This document shows positions 1-10,763 of a stretch of DNA of 64,000 bases, piece after piece. The DNA is taken from positions 96,001 through 160,000 of the forward strand of contig CAVUVW010000027.1 of NCBI GenBank assembly GCA_963745035.1, in the 5' to 3' direction. This stretch comes from an uncultured delta proteobacterium. Lineage in GTDB: Bacteria; Desulfobacterota; Binatia; UBA9968. How positions within the stretch are numbered: the first letter of the stretch is position 1; the number at the start of each line of letters is the position of its first letter. Position numbers and translations under genes: made by a program. The notes beneath the pieces were generated by a model. It worked only from the letters and a program-made list of their open reading frames with translations, did not search any database and was not told where the DNA came from.

Positions 1-1
1 C

Positions 2-223
2 ATCGACCTGGAGCCCGAAGCGTACAAGCATTATTTCCTGCGGGAATTGCCGAAGCGCTATCACGAGCTGGTGGACATCCGGCAATTCGGTCCAGGTGAG
101 CGCATCGTCTTCGAGCTCTATCCGCAAGCAGCATTCGAACGGACCCGGCAATGGATCGAATCGTGGAATCTGTTTCCGCCGGAGCAGAAAGGCGAGGCCG
201 GCTACGGGGCATCGGTCGTTTAG
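2..223 (+). CDS. C-terminal fragment, probably a solute-binding-fold (NMT1/SsuA-like) protein; 5' end outside window
   Basis: Manual translation IDLEPEAYKHYFLRELPKRYHELVDIRQFGPGERIVFELY...GYGASVV, stop TAG 221-223; family call from resemblance only. Confidence 0.5.
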   Translation: MDLEPEAYKHYFLRELPKRYHELVDIRQFGPGERIVFELYPQAAFERTRQWIESWNLFPPEQKGEAGYGASVV

Positions 224-261
224 AAAAATGGGCTGCGCCAAGCGTGGGTCAGCCGCGGATC

Positions 262-403
262 AAAATCCGAAATCCGAAACACGAAATCCGAAACAAACAG
301 AACAGAAATCCCAAACTCGAATAAAGCTCCAAACAGGGCTGTTTAGGCCTTCGATTTTGGACATTCGAAACTTCTTTCGAATTTCGAAATTTGGGTTTGA
401 AAT
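262..403. repeat. Intergenic 7-mer-unit inverted repeat (AAATCCG family) between convergent genes
   Basis: Left arm aaatccg aaatccg aaacacg aaatccg aaac; right arm ttcgaatttcgaaatttgggtttg. Confidence 0.8.
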
Positions 404-412
404 CCCTGCTTC

Positions 413-1252
413 TCACATTGCGGCGCTGTGGCGCTTCACCCAGTCGAGAATGATTCGGTTGGTTTCCTCGGGCGCCTGCCAGAAAAAGCCGTGCGACTGG
501 CCGTCGAGGACTTTGAGCTCGGCGCCGGGAATTCGATTCTTCAGCGCTTCTGCCTGGACGAGGTGATTGCCGCGGGCGCGGTCGCTGGTGCCGATCAGCA
601 CCAGAGTCGAGCATTTCATGTCGCCCAGCCGATGGGTCGCCTCCCAGTTGTGCCGGCCGATGCTCAAATGGATGTATTCAGATAAATCCGCGTGAGTCGC
701 GCGGGCGAGCTTGAAGAACTCTTCGACCTTTTCGGGATGCTGCGCACGAAAATCATCGGTGAAAAAAGTATCCGACTCGCAATATTCTTCGCGCAAAAAT
801 TTTTCGAAGCCTTTTTCCACCAATCCGATCACCAGCCAGTGAGGCAGGCCCGGAACACAATCCGCTCCGGGCCGCGGCACCTGGCCGGAGCCGCTGGCGG
901 CCATGATGAGGCTTTTCACCCGTCCGGGAAAATTGAGCGCCATCTCGAGCGCGATGCGCCCGCCCATGGAGTGGCCGAGCACGTGCGCCGCGGGAATTTT
1001 CAAATGATCCAAAAGGGCGATGATGTCATTGGACATCTGATGGATGGTGTAGACCTCTTGGCTCGCCCGTGAGCGGGGCGTGCCGCGCGGGTCATGAAGA
1101 ATGAGTTGCAGGAAGGGCGACAAGCCGGGAACTTGATGGGGCTTCCACACCTCGCCGGAAAACGCCGTCGAAGGAATGAGCACGAGCGGCTCTCCCGAGC
1201 CGTGGGTTTCATAGTGAAGATTGACGCCGGTAGGCAGGTTTACATTTGGCAT
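413..1252 (-). CDS. Alpha/beta fold hydrolase
   Basis: GHSMGG nucleophile elbow, HDPRG, C-terminal catalytic His (SHGFFWQAPE). Confidence 0.9.
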   Translation of the reverse strand: MPNVNLPTGVNLHYETHGSGEPLVLIPSTAFSGEVWKPHQVPGLSPFLQLILHDPRGTPRSRASQEVYTIHQMSNDIIALLDHLKIPAAHVLGHSMGGRIALEMALNFPGRVKSLIMAASGSGQVPRPGADCVPGLPHWLVIGLVEKGFEKFLREEYCESDTFFTDDFRAQHPEKVEEFFKLARATHADLSEYIHLSIGRHNWEATHRLGDMKCSTLVLIGTSDRARGNHLVQAEALKNRIPGAELKVLDGQSHGFFWQAPEETNRIILDWVKRHSAAM

Positions 1253-1276
1253 GGATCGATTCTTCCTGGGCGGATT

Positions 1277-1420
1277 CGTTCAAAACGTTCAAGCCGTTCA
1301 ACCGCTACGCTCCGTTCAAATGGTTCGCGATGCATGAGCATCGCGTTTCATGACCCGAGCTCGGTCGTGATCGGCTATGATACCTCGAGCGACTGGAACT
1401 TCTCGAACCACTGGAACCGA
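1277..1420. repeat. 9-mer-unit (CGTTCAANN) inverted-arm element with two internal hairpins
   Basis: cgttcaaaa cgttcaagc cgttcaacc gctacgctc cgttcaaat; degenerate right arm tggaac/tcgaac; internal cgcgatgc-atga-gcatcgcg hairpin. Confidence 0.8.
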
Positions 1421-1428
1421 ATTTCGGC

Positions 1429-2289
1429 CTAGATTCCGAGTTGTTTGATCATCGCCCGGGTTAGCGGAAGGTAGTCGTCGAGCAGGTGCTCCGACATGGT
1501 GTAATGGTTGGCGGCGGGTTCGACGAGATACTCGACCTGCATGCCGTGCTGTTTACAGTATTGAAAGTAATCTTCCGACATTTGCTGCCAACCTTTGGGT
1601 TCGTCCCCGCCGACGGCGACAACGAGCGGACATTTGACGCGTGGCGGATTGAGCAGGGGGCTGTTTCGCCTCGCGTCTTCCGGCGTCATGCGCACTTGTT
1701 CCTGCACGCTGATTTTCATGACCATCTCGAGATCGTACACACCCGAAGTTGCCACAGCGCCCTTGATGAGATCTTGTGGAAGGCCTTCCTTCGTCCAATC
1801 ATGAGCGAGGGCCATGGCTGTCAGATGTCCGCCGGCCGAATGGCCGGAGACGAACAGCTTCGACGGATCTGCACCGTAACGCCCGATGTTTCGGTAGACC
1901 CAGGCGATGCTCGTGCGCGTTTGCCGAACGATGTCGGTGACCGTGACTTGCGGGCAAAGATCGTATTCCACCAACGCGACCGTAACGCCCTGCTCGGTAA
2001 ACGTCGGCGCAAAATTGCAATTGTCTTCTTTGCTGCCGCTCCTCCAGTAGCCGCCGTGAATGTAGACGAGCACTGGCCCGGCGGGCCTTTCGGCGGCATA
2101 GATATCCAGCGTCTCGCGCGGCGCGCTGCCGTAAGCAACATTCAGCCACGACTTCGCGCGCTCCCGAACTTTGCGCGCCTGCGCCGCGCGAATTTTGGCG
2201 AGCTCCGGATACTCCGGCACGGAAACGCGCGGGTTGTACTGATACTCGAGCTCGTCTTGGCGAAAGCCTTTGTACGCATTTTCGTTCAT
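1429..2289 (-). CDS. Alpha/beta hydrolase, arylformamidase/esterase-like
   Basis: QYNPR N-terminus, IHGGYW oxyanion motif, GHSAGGHL; start set at MNENAY. Confidence 0.85.
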   Translation of the reverse strand: MNENAYKGFRQDELEYQYNPRVSVPEYPELAKIRAAQARKVRERAKSWLNVAYGSAPRETLDIYAAERPAGPVLVYIHGGYWRSGSKEDNCNFAPTFTEQGVTVALVEYDLCPQVTVTDIVRQTRTSIAWVYRNIGRYGADPSKLFVSGHSAGGHLTAMALAHDWTKEGLPQDLIKGAVATSGVYDLEMVMKISVQEQVRMTPEDARRNSPLLNPPRVKCPLVVAVGGDEPKGWQQMSEDYFQYCKQHGMQVEYLVEPAANHYTMSEHLLDDYLPLTRAMIKQLGI

Positions 2290-2330
2290 GGTTCTTGTCC
2301 TCGGTGAAAAACACACGGCTTCAGAACACG

Positions 2331-2360
2331 AACGTAATGTAAGGCGCGCTGGCGTGTCAA
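2331..2360 (-). promoter_or_regulatory. Putative sigma70 promoter for the hydrolase gene
   Basis: Minus strand TTGACA-N18-TACGTT. Confidence 0.4.
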
Positions 2361-2390
2361 TGGCGGCTGCTGACGGCAGCGAGGCGCACG

Positions 2391-2438
2391 AAACACAAAG
2401 GCCAAGAGTACTGGCGCGGCGCGAATACCCTTGGCCTT
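2391..2438 (-). terminator. Probable intrinsic terminator after the SWIB gene
   Basis: AAGGCCAAG...CTTGGCCTT stem followed on the minus strand by TGTGTTT. Confidence 0.55.
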
Positions 2439-2461
2439 CAAACGTCGGCGAGAATGAGACT

Positions 2462-2734
2462 TTACTTCACATGCCTGCTAACCAGCTTGGTCATCTCAAA
2501 CATGGTGACGGTCTTCTTGCCGCCGAATACGGCCTTGAGCTTGTCGTCGGCGTTAATGTTGGTTCTCTTTTTCTTGTCCTGGAGCCCGTTCTTTTTGATG
2601 TAGGCCCAGAGCTTCTTGGTGACCTCGGTGCGCGGAATCGCCTTATTGCCGACCACCGCGCTCAACATGGCATCCGGCTGCACGGGTTTCATGAACGCCG
2701 CGTTCGGTTTCCTCTTCTTTTTTGTTGCTGCCAT
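2462..2734 (-). CDS. Stand-alone SWIB/MDM2-domain protein
   Basis: Lys-rich 90 aa; PRTEVTKKLWAYIKKNGLQD...INADDKLKAVFGGK..VTMFEMTKL. Confidence 0.92.
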   Translation of the reverse strand: MAATKKKRKPNAAFMKPVQPDAMLSAVVGNKAIPRTEVTKKLWAYIKKNGLQDKKKRTNINADDKLKAVFGGKKTVTMFEMTKLVSRHVK

Positions 2735-2811
2735 TCGTTTCCCTCCTTCAGGGGTGAAAAATTTTTCTACCTGTATAGCAGAGGCGGTGTTTCAATGCCA
2801 ACCTTTTTTTC

Positions 2812-4539
2812 TTACTTCCCCCGGAGAGAGCGGGTATTTTCCTCGTCGAGCACCGGCTCGCCGTCGGCGAAGCTGAGCGCCACGCCATAGTCGCTGCGCG
2901 CCCGCTCTGCCGAGACGTAGCCCTGGCGCACGTCCTCGACCACCTCGCCCGTGGGGCGGCTCAGCGGATCGCCGAGCCCGCCGCCGCCGGGGCGCTCCAC
3001 CCGGACGACGTCATTGGCCGTGAGCGGCTGGTCGCCGAAGCGCGAGGGCAGGCGCTTGGCCTCGCCGCCTTCGCGGTTGACGATGCAGGCGCCCTTACCG
3101 CCGGCAAGCCCACGGTCGATGCCGAATGGGGCGATCGCATGCTTGTCGGTGCGCATGGAAAAGCGCACGTCGTCGGTAAGGATGCGATAATCCCGCGCGA
3201 AGCCCAAACCGCCGCGCCATCGACCGGGGCCGCCTGAGTCGGCAATCATCTCGAAGCGCTCGACGCGGGCGGGAAACTCCGACTCGATGATCTCGATAGG
3301 CGCGGTTTTGCAGTTGCTTAGGTGAAACGCAGTGGCAGAGACGCCGTCTTTGCCTGCGCGGGCACCGGTGCCGCCGCTGAAAATCTCGTAATGCACAAAG
3401 GCGCGGTTGCTCTGCGGGTCACGGCCGCCGAGCACCAGAGCCGCGCTTCCTGACCCGCCGGCGATCCGCCTGTCAGGCACCAGCGGAGCGAACGCCTTAA
3501 GCACCGCTTCCGCCGCGGTGAGCGCAGTGGGCATGTAAGTATTTACCGCCGCCGGGAAGCGCGGATCGACCACGCTACCCGGACGAAACGTCGCATCGAT
3601 CACGCGCGCCAGCCCTTGGTTAATCGGCAGAAAACGGTCGACCAACGCGACCACGCAATAAACGCAGGCGGCGCGCACCAGCGGCGGGCGGATATTGGCC
3701 GGCCCCTGAGTTTGATCGCTGCTGCCGCTGAAGTCGAATTGCAGCTTGTCACCGCGCTTTACGACTTTGACGTGGATGCGAATAGGCCGTTGGAGATCGA
3801 TGCCGTCGTGGTCGACGAAGCTTTCGCCCTCGGATTCGCCGTCGGGCCAAGAGGCGATGGTTTGGCGCACGCGATTTTCCGTGTAGTCCGAAAGTAGCTC
3901 GGTGCATTCGACGACCGTCGCCTTGCCGTAGCGCTCCATCAGCTCGTCAATGCGCCGCTCGCCCAGTCGCGCCGCGCCGACTTGGCCGCGCAGGTCGCCG
4001 ATGACCACCGCAGCGGTCCTGCTGTTTGCGGCGATAATCGCCTCGATCTCTTTCACGGGCTGGCGGCGCGCCATGTATTTTACCGGGGGCAGGTGCAGTC
4101 CTTCCTGGTAAATTTCCCGGGCAGTGCCCGAACCGCTGCCGGGCACCGTGCCGCCGATGTCGCTCTTGTGCGCCATGTTGGCGGCAAAGCCGACCCATTC
4201 GCCGCGATGATAGATCGGTGTGAGCACGCCCATGTCCGGCGCGTGCGGGCTGCCGCCGAGATAAGGATGATTGATGATGAAGGCGTCGCCGTCGTCGATT
4301 TCCTCCGGCGGGAAGTTTTTTAATATTGCCGCGGCGCATGCGGGAAACGCGCCCATGTGGAGCGGCAGCACGACGTGCTGCGCGACCACTTCGCCCCGAG
4401 TGTTCAAGATCGCGCAGCTCGCGTCCTGCGACTCGCGGATAATGGTCGAGTAGCCGGTGCGAAACAGCGAGTTCTGCATCTCCTGGACGATGCCCGCCAG
4501 GCGCGCTTGAAGAACTTGGAGAGTGATGGGATCGGTCAT
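2812..4539 (-). CDS. Hydantoinase B / 5-oxoprolinase subunit B family (paralog 2)
   Basis: DPITLQV, STIIRESQDASCA, NHPYLGGSPHAPD, HKSDIGG, PGGGGLGDP; upstream ORF extension is just translated repeat. Confidence 0.93.
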   Translation of the reverse strand: MTDPITLQVLQARLAGIVQEMQNSLFRTGYSTIIRESQDASCAILNTRGEVVAQHVVLPLHMGAFPACAAAILKNFPPEEIDDGDAFIINHPYLGGSPHAPDMGVLTPIYHRGEWVGFAANMAHKSDIGGTVPGSGSGTAREIYQEGLHLPPVKYMARRQPVKEIEAIIAANSRTAAVVIGDLRGQVGAARLGERRIDELMERYGKATVVECTELLSDYTENRVRQTIASWPDGESEGESFVDHDGIDLQRPIRIHVKVVKRGDKLQFDFSGSSDQTQGPANIRPPLVRAACVYCVVALVDRFLPINQGLARVIDATFRPGSVVDPRFPAAVNTYMPTALTAAEAVLKAFAPLVPDRRIAGGSGSAALVLGGRDPQSNRAFVHYEIFSGGTGARAGKDGVSATAFHLSNCKTAPIEIIESEFPARVERFEMIADSGGPGRWRGGLGFARDYRILTDDVRFSMRTDKHAIAPFGIDRGLAGGKGACIVNREGGEAKRLPSRFGDQPLTANDVVRVERPGGGGLGDPLSRPTGEVVEDVRQGYVSAERARSDYGVALSFADGEPVLDEENTRSLRGK

Positions 4540-4543
4540 GGGA

Positions 4544-4593
4544 AGGCATAGGCAATAGGCATCAGGCAACAGGCAACAGGCAACAGGCAACAG
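4544..4593. repeat. AGGCAAC 7-mer tandem array (single arm)
   Basis: aggcat aggcaat aggcatc aggcaac x4, directly upstream of the hydantoinase B start. Confidence 0.85.
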
Positions 4594-4733
4594 TAGGTAG
4601 GAACGGCGACATGAGGTTGTGTTTGTCTGTTGGCTAGTGCTAACGCCTGCGCGCGCAGCTCGCACGTTTGGATTTCATTCAGTACTGATAGCGCGGACTG
4701 CACGTAAAAAAACTTCTCGAGATACCTGGTCAG

Positions 4734-5873
4734 CTACCGCTTCTCCGCAGACTTCAGCGCTTCGTTCATAACCTTCAGGATCGGCTTCATGTCCAGCCAT
4801 TCGGGATTGCTCGCGTCGAGATACCTGACGCCTTCCACGCGTCGAACGAGCATCGGCACGTCGTCCTTTGGTATATCGATGCGCAACGAATCGGCCGGAC
4901 TCTCCCCATTGGCTAAGCGCTTTTGCAGGGTGATCTGACCGCGGCGTGACAGCAGCCAGTTGATAAAGACTTTTGCTGCGTTGGGATGAGGCGCCTTGTT
5001 CACCAGCGTCACGGAGCCAAATTGCTGCACCATGGCACCGCCTTCTTTGAAAACCTTCGGCCCGATGGTGGCCAGCGGCAGTCCCTGATCTTTCAAGATA
5101 TCCACGTCACAAGAAAAACAGAGGGAGTACTTCCCCACCGCGAGCCAGTCTGGACCTTGGCGATAGTCGCGGAACAACGTCACGTCCATATCGCCGAACA
5201 GCTTACGAATAAACGGCGCCCCGAGTTCCGGATGATGAAAGAAGAACCTGGCACTGCCCGAACCCGGTCCGGCGGTGCGAATGTCGCGTGCGAGGATTTT
5301 CCCCTTCCATTTAGGATCGAGCAGATCCCAGTAGGATTTGAACTGCTTTGGGTCGACGAGCGTGGTGTTATAGGAAATCCCGCCGTAAGATGCCGAACCG
5401 ACATAGTTGAAGACATACTGCTCCTCCGGATCGGAGTAGTGATGCTTTTGCTGATACCATTTAGTTTGGTCGGTGACCTCGGGCAAGATCAGCGCCGGCT
5501 TGATCGGATCGATCATCTTTCCTTGATATAGTAGTTGATAAAGGGATCCTCCGCCTGCACTATAGACATCGGCCAGATATTTTTCGGCGCGTCGCTCTGC
5601 GGCGAAGCGTTGCGCGAGATCGGAGCCCCGGGCGGCGACCGCTATCAGCTTGATATCCGGATAATCTTTTTCGAAATCCGACAGTACCGCTTCATAGCCG
5701 GCCATGTAGACCGTTACCTGCCCCTCTTTTTTGGCAGCTTCCAGCGTCTTTTCCCATTGTTGTTCCCAGGTCGGTTTCGCCTGCGCGGCGACTGCGCCAT
5801 CGTTCACCCAGAAAAGAAGAAAACCCATCGCCAAAACGGTCTTTTGAAATATCTGAGACAAGCTTTTCATCAT
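4734..5873 (-). CDS. ABC transporter extracellular solute-binding protein
   Basis: Signal peptide; AAKKEGQVTVY; APHPNAAKVFINWLLSRRGQ. Confidence 0.88.
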   Translation of the reverse strand: MMKSLSQIFQKTVLAMGFLLFWVNDGAVAAQAKPTWEQQWEKTLEAAKKEGQVTVYMAGYEAVLSDFEKDYPDIKLIAVAARGSDLAQRFAAERRAEKYLADVYSAGGGSLYQLLYQGKMIDPIKPALILPEVTDQTKWYQQKHHYSDPEEQYVFNYVGSASYGGISYNTTLVDPKQFKSYWDLLDPKWKGKILARDIRTAGPGSGSARFFFHHPELGAPFIRKLFGDMDVTLFRDYRQGPDWLAVGKYSLCFSCDVDILKDQGLPLATIGPKVFKEGGAMVQQFGSVTLVNKAPHPNAAKVFINWLLSRRGQITLQKRLANGESPADSLRIDIPKDDVPMLVRRVEGVRYLDASNPEWLDMKPILKVMNEALKSAEKR

Positions 5874-5978
5874 GATCTTTGACCTCCGTTCCCTACGCTG
5901 CCTTCTTTACTCACGGTCCGTGAACGTGGGTGTACGAAGTCTAATTTCCCGCCTAAGGAACCTCGATCAGTCACCGCC

Positions 5979-6949
5979 CTATGTATCCAGCGTGCTCGCG
6001 GCAAACATCCGCTCGTAAGTGCAGGTAGCCTTCACAATTCCGTGCTCGTGGCAGTACGACGCGAACGTGTCAATGGCAGTCTTGTTGGCCGTGATGCCAT
6101 GCGGGTATAGGTCGGTCCATTTCCGGCTTTGCTCCAGTACCCGTTCTCGGAGGTCGACCACCGAAAACCCGGCTCGGTCACTGAGGATGTCTTCGTCCGC
6201 GAGTCGCTTCGCCGCTTCGAAGGCCGCATACAGCTTCCGGCGAGGTCGGGATGCTGTCGGTCAAGCTTCTTGCTCATGACAATCATGTGCACGGGTGGAT
6301 AGATGCCTGTCTCCTGGTAAAGCCGCTTGGCATCCAGGAGGTAGTCGGGGAACAGACGCTTGATCTTCGGGTTATTCTCGAGAATTTGGAAAAGCCGGCG
6401 ATCTGAGACATCCACCGCAGTGGCATCAACGTCCCCCTCTAGCAACGCCTCGGCTACATCCTTGGGCCGCTCAAGTCGCTCGAGCTTCCACCGAGGATTG
6501 TGCAGTGGCCATTGTTCTCTGGGTGATACCCAGGTGATGCTCTCTACATCGACTCCATGGCGGTGCTGGAGGAGCCCCTTGAGCCAAATCGCGACAGCGC
6601 TGCCGCTGATCGTGCTTAGGACGCGTTTGCCTTCCAGGTCTTTGCAAGTATTGATGCCTGCGCCCGCGCGGCAAAACAGGTAGGTATAGATGTGCTTTCG
6701 CTTGGAGAAGACCGGCAACCCCACCAGCCCCCAGTCACTCTCGATCGCAGGCAGCCAGTTCGCCATGTTCAGGTCCACGAGGCCGAAATCCCCTGTTCTC
6801 AAGAGGCTGTCTGGACCGAAGACGGTACCGGCAGGCGCAGAGCGATTGGGAACGAGCTTTACGCCTTCGATGCGCACCCGCCCCTCGATAAGAGGCAGGG
6901 TGAGGTCGTAGCGCATCCACGGGATCTGGATTTCGAGTTCTTCGGCCAT
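5979..6949 (-). CDS. 4,5-dihydroxyphthalate decarboxylase-like (SBP-fold) protein, frameshift near 6240
   Basis: YDLTLPLIEGRVRIEG, LPVF, IKRLFPD, TGIYPPVHMIV, YPHGITANKTAIDTF split over two ORFs. Confidence 0.7.
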
Positions 6950-7018
6950 TGGCTTCCCTCAATCACTAAGAGGATCATTCTCATCTCTTGCACTGAGAGG
7001 GATTCTTCGTCTTCATTG

Positions 7019-7968
7019 CTACGTGCCGAGGTCCCAATAAGCGACCGCCATACCCATAATGGCGGAGTAAAAGGATTCGTATATCAGGAACTCTGGTTTT
7101 CGATTACCCATCGCGCCCAGCGCACTGATCCAACTTCGAAGCTCTATCTCACCGTTGCCAATGATCTGGTCGTTGGTCAGCTCTGCAAGTGTGTGTCCCT
7201 CGCCAGCTCTCATCGTTCCATAAGCCAGCGATCAAAATCCTCGCTGATCGACCCGTGGGTATACGATCCTTGGTAGTTCCGCCATGGATAACCGGCTGTG
7301 AAGTGTGACATTCCTCCGCTCGCATAAATGGCAACTGGTCCGATGCCGGCGTAGCTTTCGATTGCGCGCCGGATAGTTTGCCCATAGAAGTAACAGCGCC
7401 GCGGTGAAGGTGCTGGCACATGAATGGCATTCACGAAGATGGGAACCACCGGAATCCGGGCCTCTGGGTCGACTGTTCGGAGGATAGGTCCAAAGGCATG
7501 GGCCTTTAGCAGGTCGTTAGGCAGCGAGCGCACCGAAGCTATGTCGATTCCTGCGTCGACACACTGCGAAAGTATTGCTTCAGCTAGCGCCGGATTAGAA
7601 GGATAGCGGAGCGGCTCCGCACCGGCGTGCGAGGAATTAACAAGAAATCCCTCCCCTACATAAAGGGCGATCTGCGGCAGATTGGCTTCTGTGAAATTTT
7701 CGTTCTGATCGTCGCCTATGATAATGAGCGCATCTGGCGCTACCTGTTCGAGCTTATGTCTCAAACTCTCCAGGCCATCACGGATATGCGTATAGCGACA
7801 CTGGAGATCCTCGATCGTTTCCAGCGCAACCTCAGGCTGCTCTGGCGGAATACTTCCGTAGCGAGAAGCATAGCGCTGGCGGTTGCGCGTGCGGTGATCA
7901 CCCCAGCTCGAGGGATCCACCAGCGTCGCAGCGTGAGATGATGCCATTCCGGCGATCAGCTTTCCCAT
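7019..7968 (-). CDS. LigB-type (class III) extradiol ring-cleavage dioxygenase, frameshift near 7212
   Basis: ASSHA, IIIGDDQNENF, ASGGMSH, EDFDRW; continues GNGEIELRSWI in another frame; AAGGAGG RBS. Confidence 0.8.
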
Positions 7969-8411
7969 AAGCAAAACCTCCTTGTGAGTGATAGTTCCTC
8001 CAGCTTCGGGGCGTCGATCAGACCGGGCTACCTCCGCTAGCAGTGATCATTCTAACCCTCCGTTCCTCTACAGTGATTGGCCGGTGGAACCCTTGCCCTT
8101 CGTTTTTCACTCGCAGAGCCAGAGCCGCAACAGTGCATGGATCACGTGACTGAGTTAGTGGCGCCGATTAGGGCATTCCTCCACGGGCAGATCGTTAACC
8201 GCACGGTTGGCTTGAAAAACCTCGGACACACTCCATTCATCACGAATGACATAATACTCAGTCAAGAGTTCGACCCGTGTTCTCGGCCACATGGACTTGC
8301 GGCTGCAGTGAAGAGCCCGCAACTACACCGACACACGCCGGCAATGGGCCAGGCTGTTGGACATTCGCCAGGATCATTTCCGAGGGCTCAAATCGGAGAC
8401 AAGGTGAAGCC

Positions 8412-9751
8412 TCAGGCTGCGATCACCTTTCCAGACACCGGATTAAGCTCCTTGATGAAGTGCCTCCAGTTTTCGCCGAGCCGCATGTCAAACGACCCTC
8501 CGAGATTCCGCGGATACTTGTTATCCTCGGGTTTGAAGGCCACTCCTGGCGGGTCAAGACCTTCCTGCACCTCTCGGGCTGACTTGAGTAACATGCGGTG
8601 CGCGGCAATAATGAGGCCGTCGGTGACGGTGTAGTGATTCTTTGTCCGATCAACGATGTTTCCCCAGCGAGTACGAGGCCCCATGTTCTCGGTTATCATA
8701 GCGTCTTGGGTGTGGTTGCGAGCGTCTATGCCACAGTAGGTTTCGAAGGTCTTCTGTTTGTCGCGGTCGATGAGGTAGTGATTTTCCCGATTCATTTTCT
8801 TTTGCCACCCAGGATGCCAGATCGTGGCCATGACTCGTTTCGATAATTCAACGTGTAGCAGTCACAGATGGGATAGTCCAGACTGAGTATCAGATCATAG
8901 CGGTAGCAGGTGTAGTAGTCGGCGGGCACTTGATAGATGATGTGTCGGCCTCCGCGCAACATCGCGTTGCACGGCATGTAGAAAGTGTCTGCTATGACAT
9001 GCACGTACTCGCGGTCGTCAGTAGGAAAAAAATGGGCTCCTGCACGCCGTAGGGGAGTATTCGGTTTCCACCTTTGTGTTATGGCGGGCTATCCGCCTTT
9101 CGCTTTTTCCTCAGTGTATATCTGCGCGAGTACCAGTCGGCAGCGCAGGACCTTCGCTCATATACATCTGCTGATTATTAAGCCCGCGAGTATGAAGGTA
9201 GTGAGTGTGAATGCGGTCGATGTCACCTTCAAGGGACTGGAGCCAATTACACTCCAAGAAGAATTTACACCTACGCACACCTGCTCAGCGGGCAACGTGA
9301 GCCAATGGACGGCTGGTAGTAGGGGTTTTTTTTGAGACGGGCTCATATACGTATAGATGAGGCGGTTGACCTCGATGCATGGGTAGGCCGTATGCCGCAT
9401 GCCAAGGCAGAACTGGCTCCCAGGCGGTTCACCGGGGGTTTCAATTACGTTGCCGTTCACGTCATACTTCCAGCAGTGGTAGACGCACCGCAACCCGGAC
9501 TCCTCATTGCGTCCATAGAACAGGGGTGCCTGCCGATGCGCGCAGTACGCGCCTAGGAGGCCGACCTGCCCTTGGGAGTCCCGAAAGCCGACCAGGTCTT
9601 CGCCGAGAAGTCTGGTCTGCACAGGGGGACAATCAGGGCCTGGGAGTTCCTCCGAGAGGAATGCAGGGATCCAATACCGACGCATCAATTCTCCCATCGG
9701 CGTGCCCGGACCAACGCGGGTCAGAATTTCATTTTCCTCGTGCGTAATCAT
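8412..9751 (-). pseudogene. Fragmented Rieske oxygenase alpha subunit (phthalate 4,5-dioxygenase-like)
   Basis: TRVGPGTPMGELMRRYW, CAHR...CVYH; at least three frame breaks and substitutions at normally conserved Gly. Confidence 0.7.
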
Positions 9752-9789
9752 TAGCTCCTCCTCTTTGACCGATCTGACGCATCGTTAGT

Positions 9790-10763
9790 TTAAAGATAAC
9801 CAGACTCGCGATAATAAGCCTCAGCGCCCGGATGCAATGGAATCAAGCAATCGCGGCACATCGCTTCCGGCCGAATCTCTGCCAGGGAGGCGAATTTCTC
9901 GCCGCCATATTTCTTTTCGATAGTCGGGCCGTCTCGACAGCCGCCTGGGTGACTTTGTAGGCGATCTCGTCGGGCAGCTCGGTGCTACCGAAGAGCAACC
10001 AGCCACTAAAGCCTACCGTACGAATGTCGCTGGCCAAGCTTGGAAATCGTTCGGTCCCGATGACAAATTTGCCCAAGCCGAGCTCTTGGTCGAGACGATG
10101 GATGATACCCTCGTCGATAGACAGAAAATCGACATCGGTCTTTGCGATCAGTTGGTCCCAATCCGGCATCATTTGAGCTTCATTGAACACTGCCTCGACT
10201 TGACCCGAAATCATGAGCGGAATGCCTTGCGTGGTCTTGCCGGCGAAGGTCACCTGGCCGCCCCAATCCTGGAGCATCTCCAAGCTACCGCCATACTGCT
10301 TTAGCACTTCATCGACGACGAACGAAACCATATCCAACTGGTTGTTACTCTTTCGTCCCGTGGCGAGACGCAAAGGGTAGCGACGTTCGACAAGCTCATC
10401 TAGAGAGGATATTCCCGAGGCTTTGGATAACGCGAACAGCACGCAATCACGGTGCGGATAGTTGGCGATCGCTCTGAGATTAGGGTGCGGCGCCTTAAAC
10501 GGCCCCGTGCCTTTCATGGCCAGCCACGCCGAGGCGGTGGGCGTGGTAATTCCCAAGTCAAATTCTCCGTTGGCGACGACTATGGGGTTACGCAAAGCGC
10601 CCAAGCCGAATCGCGGCGTGAACACACCCACCGAGTAGCCACGTAGCGGACCACTGCCGTAACTACTAAGAACGCGCGCGATTTCGGCCCCAATGACCCA
10701 CCAAGGATGATTCGCCTGTTGGGTAACGATCGTAACCGTTTTGGCAGTGTCAGGTCGACTCAT
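9790..10763 (-). CDS. TAXI-family TRAP solute receptor-like protein, frameshift near 9930
   Basis: NLRAIANY, ELPDEIAYKVT; alternative frame ends PLHPGAEAYYRESGYL-stop; ATGA overlap with upstream gene. Confidence 0.75.

Noticed and set aside
4540-4665. Cys/Leu-rich N-terminal extension of hydantoinase B (LLPVACCLLP)
   Set aside because: It is the translated AGGCAAC array; homology to the paralog starts at MTDP. The same applies to MAKGKRQRAK at 19374.
7980-8410. Possible gene (ORF 8077-8634) or ncRNA between the dioxygenase and Rieske genes
   Set aside because: No recognisable motif, RBS or stable structure; may be a decayed remnant but cannot be supported.
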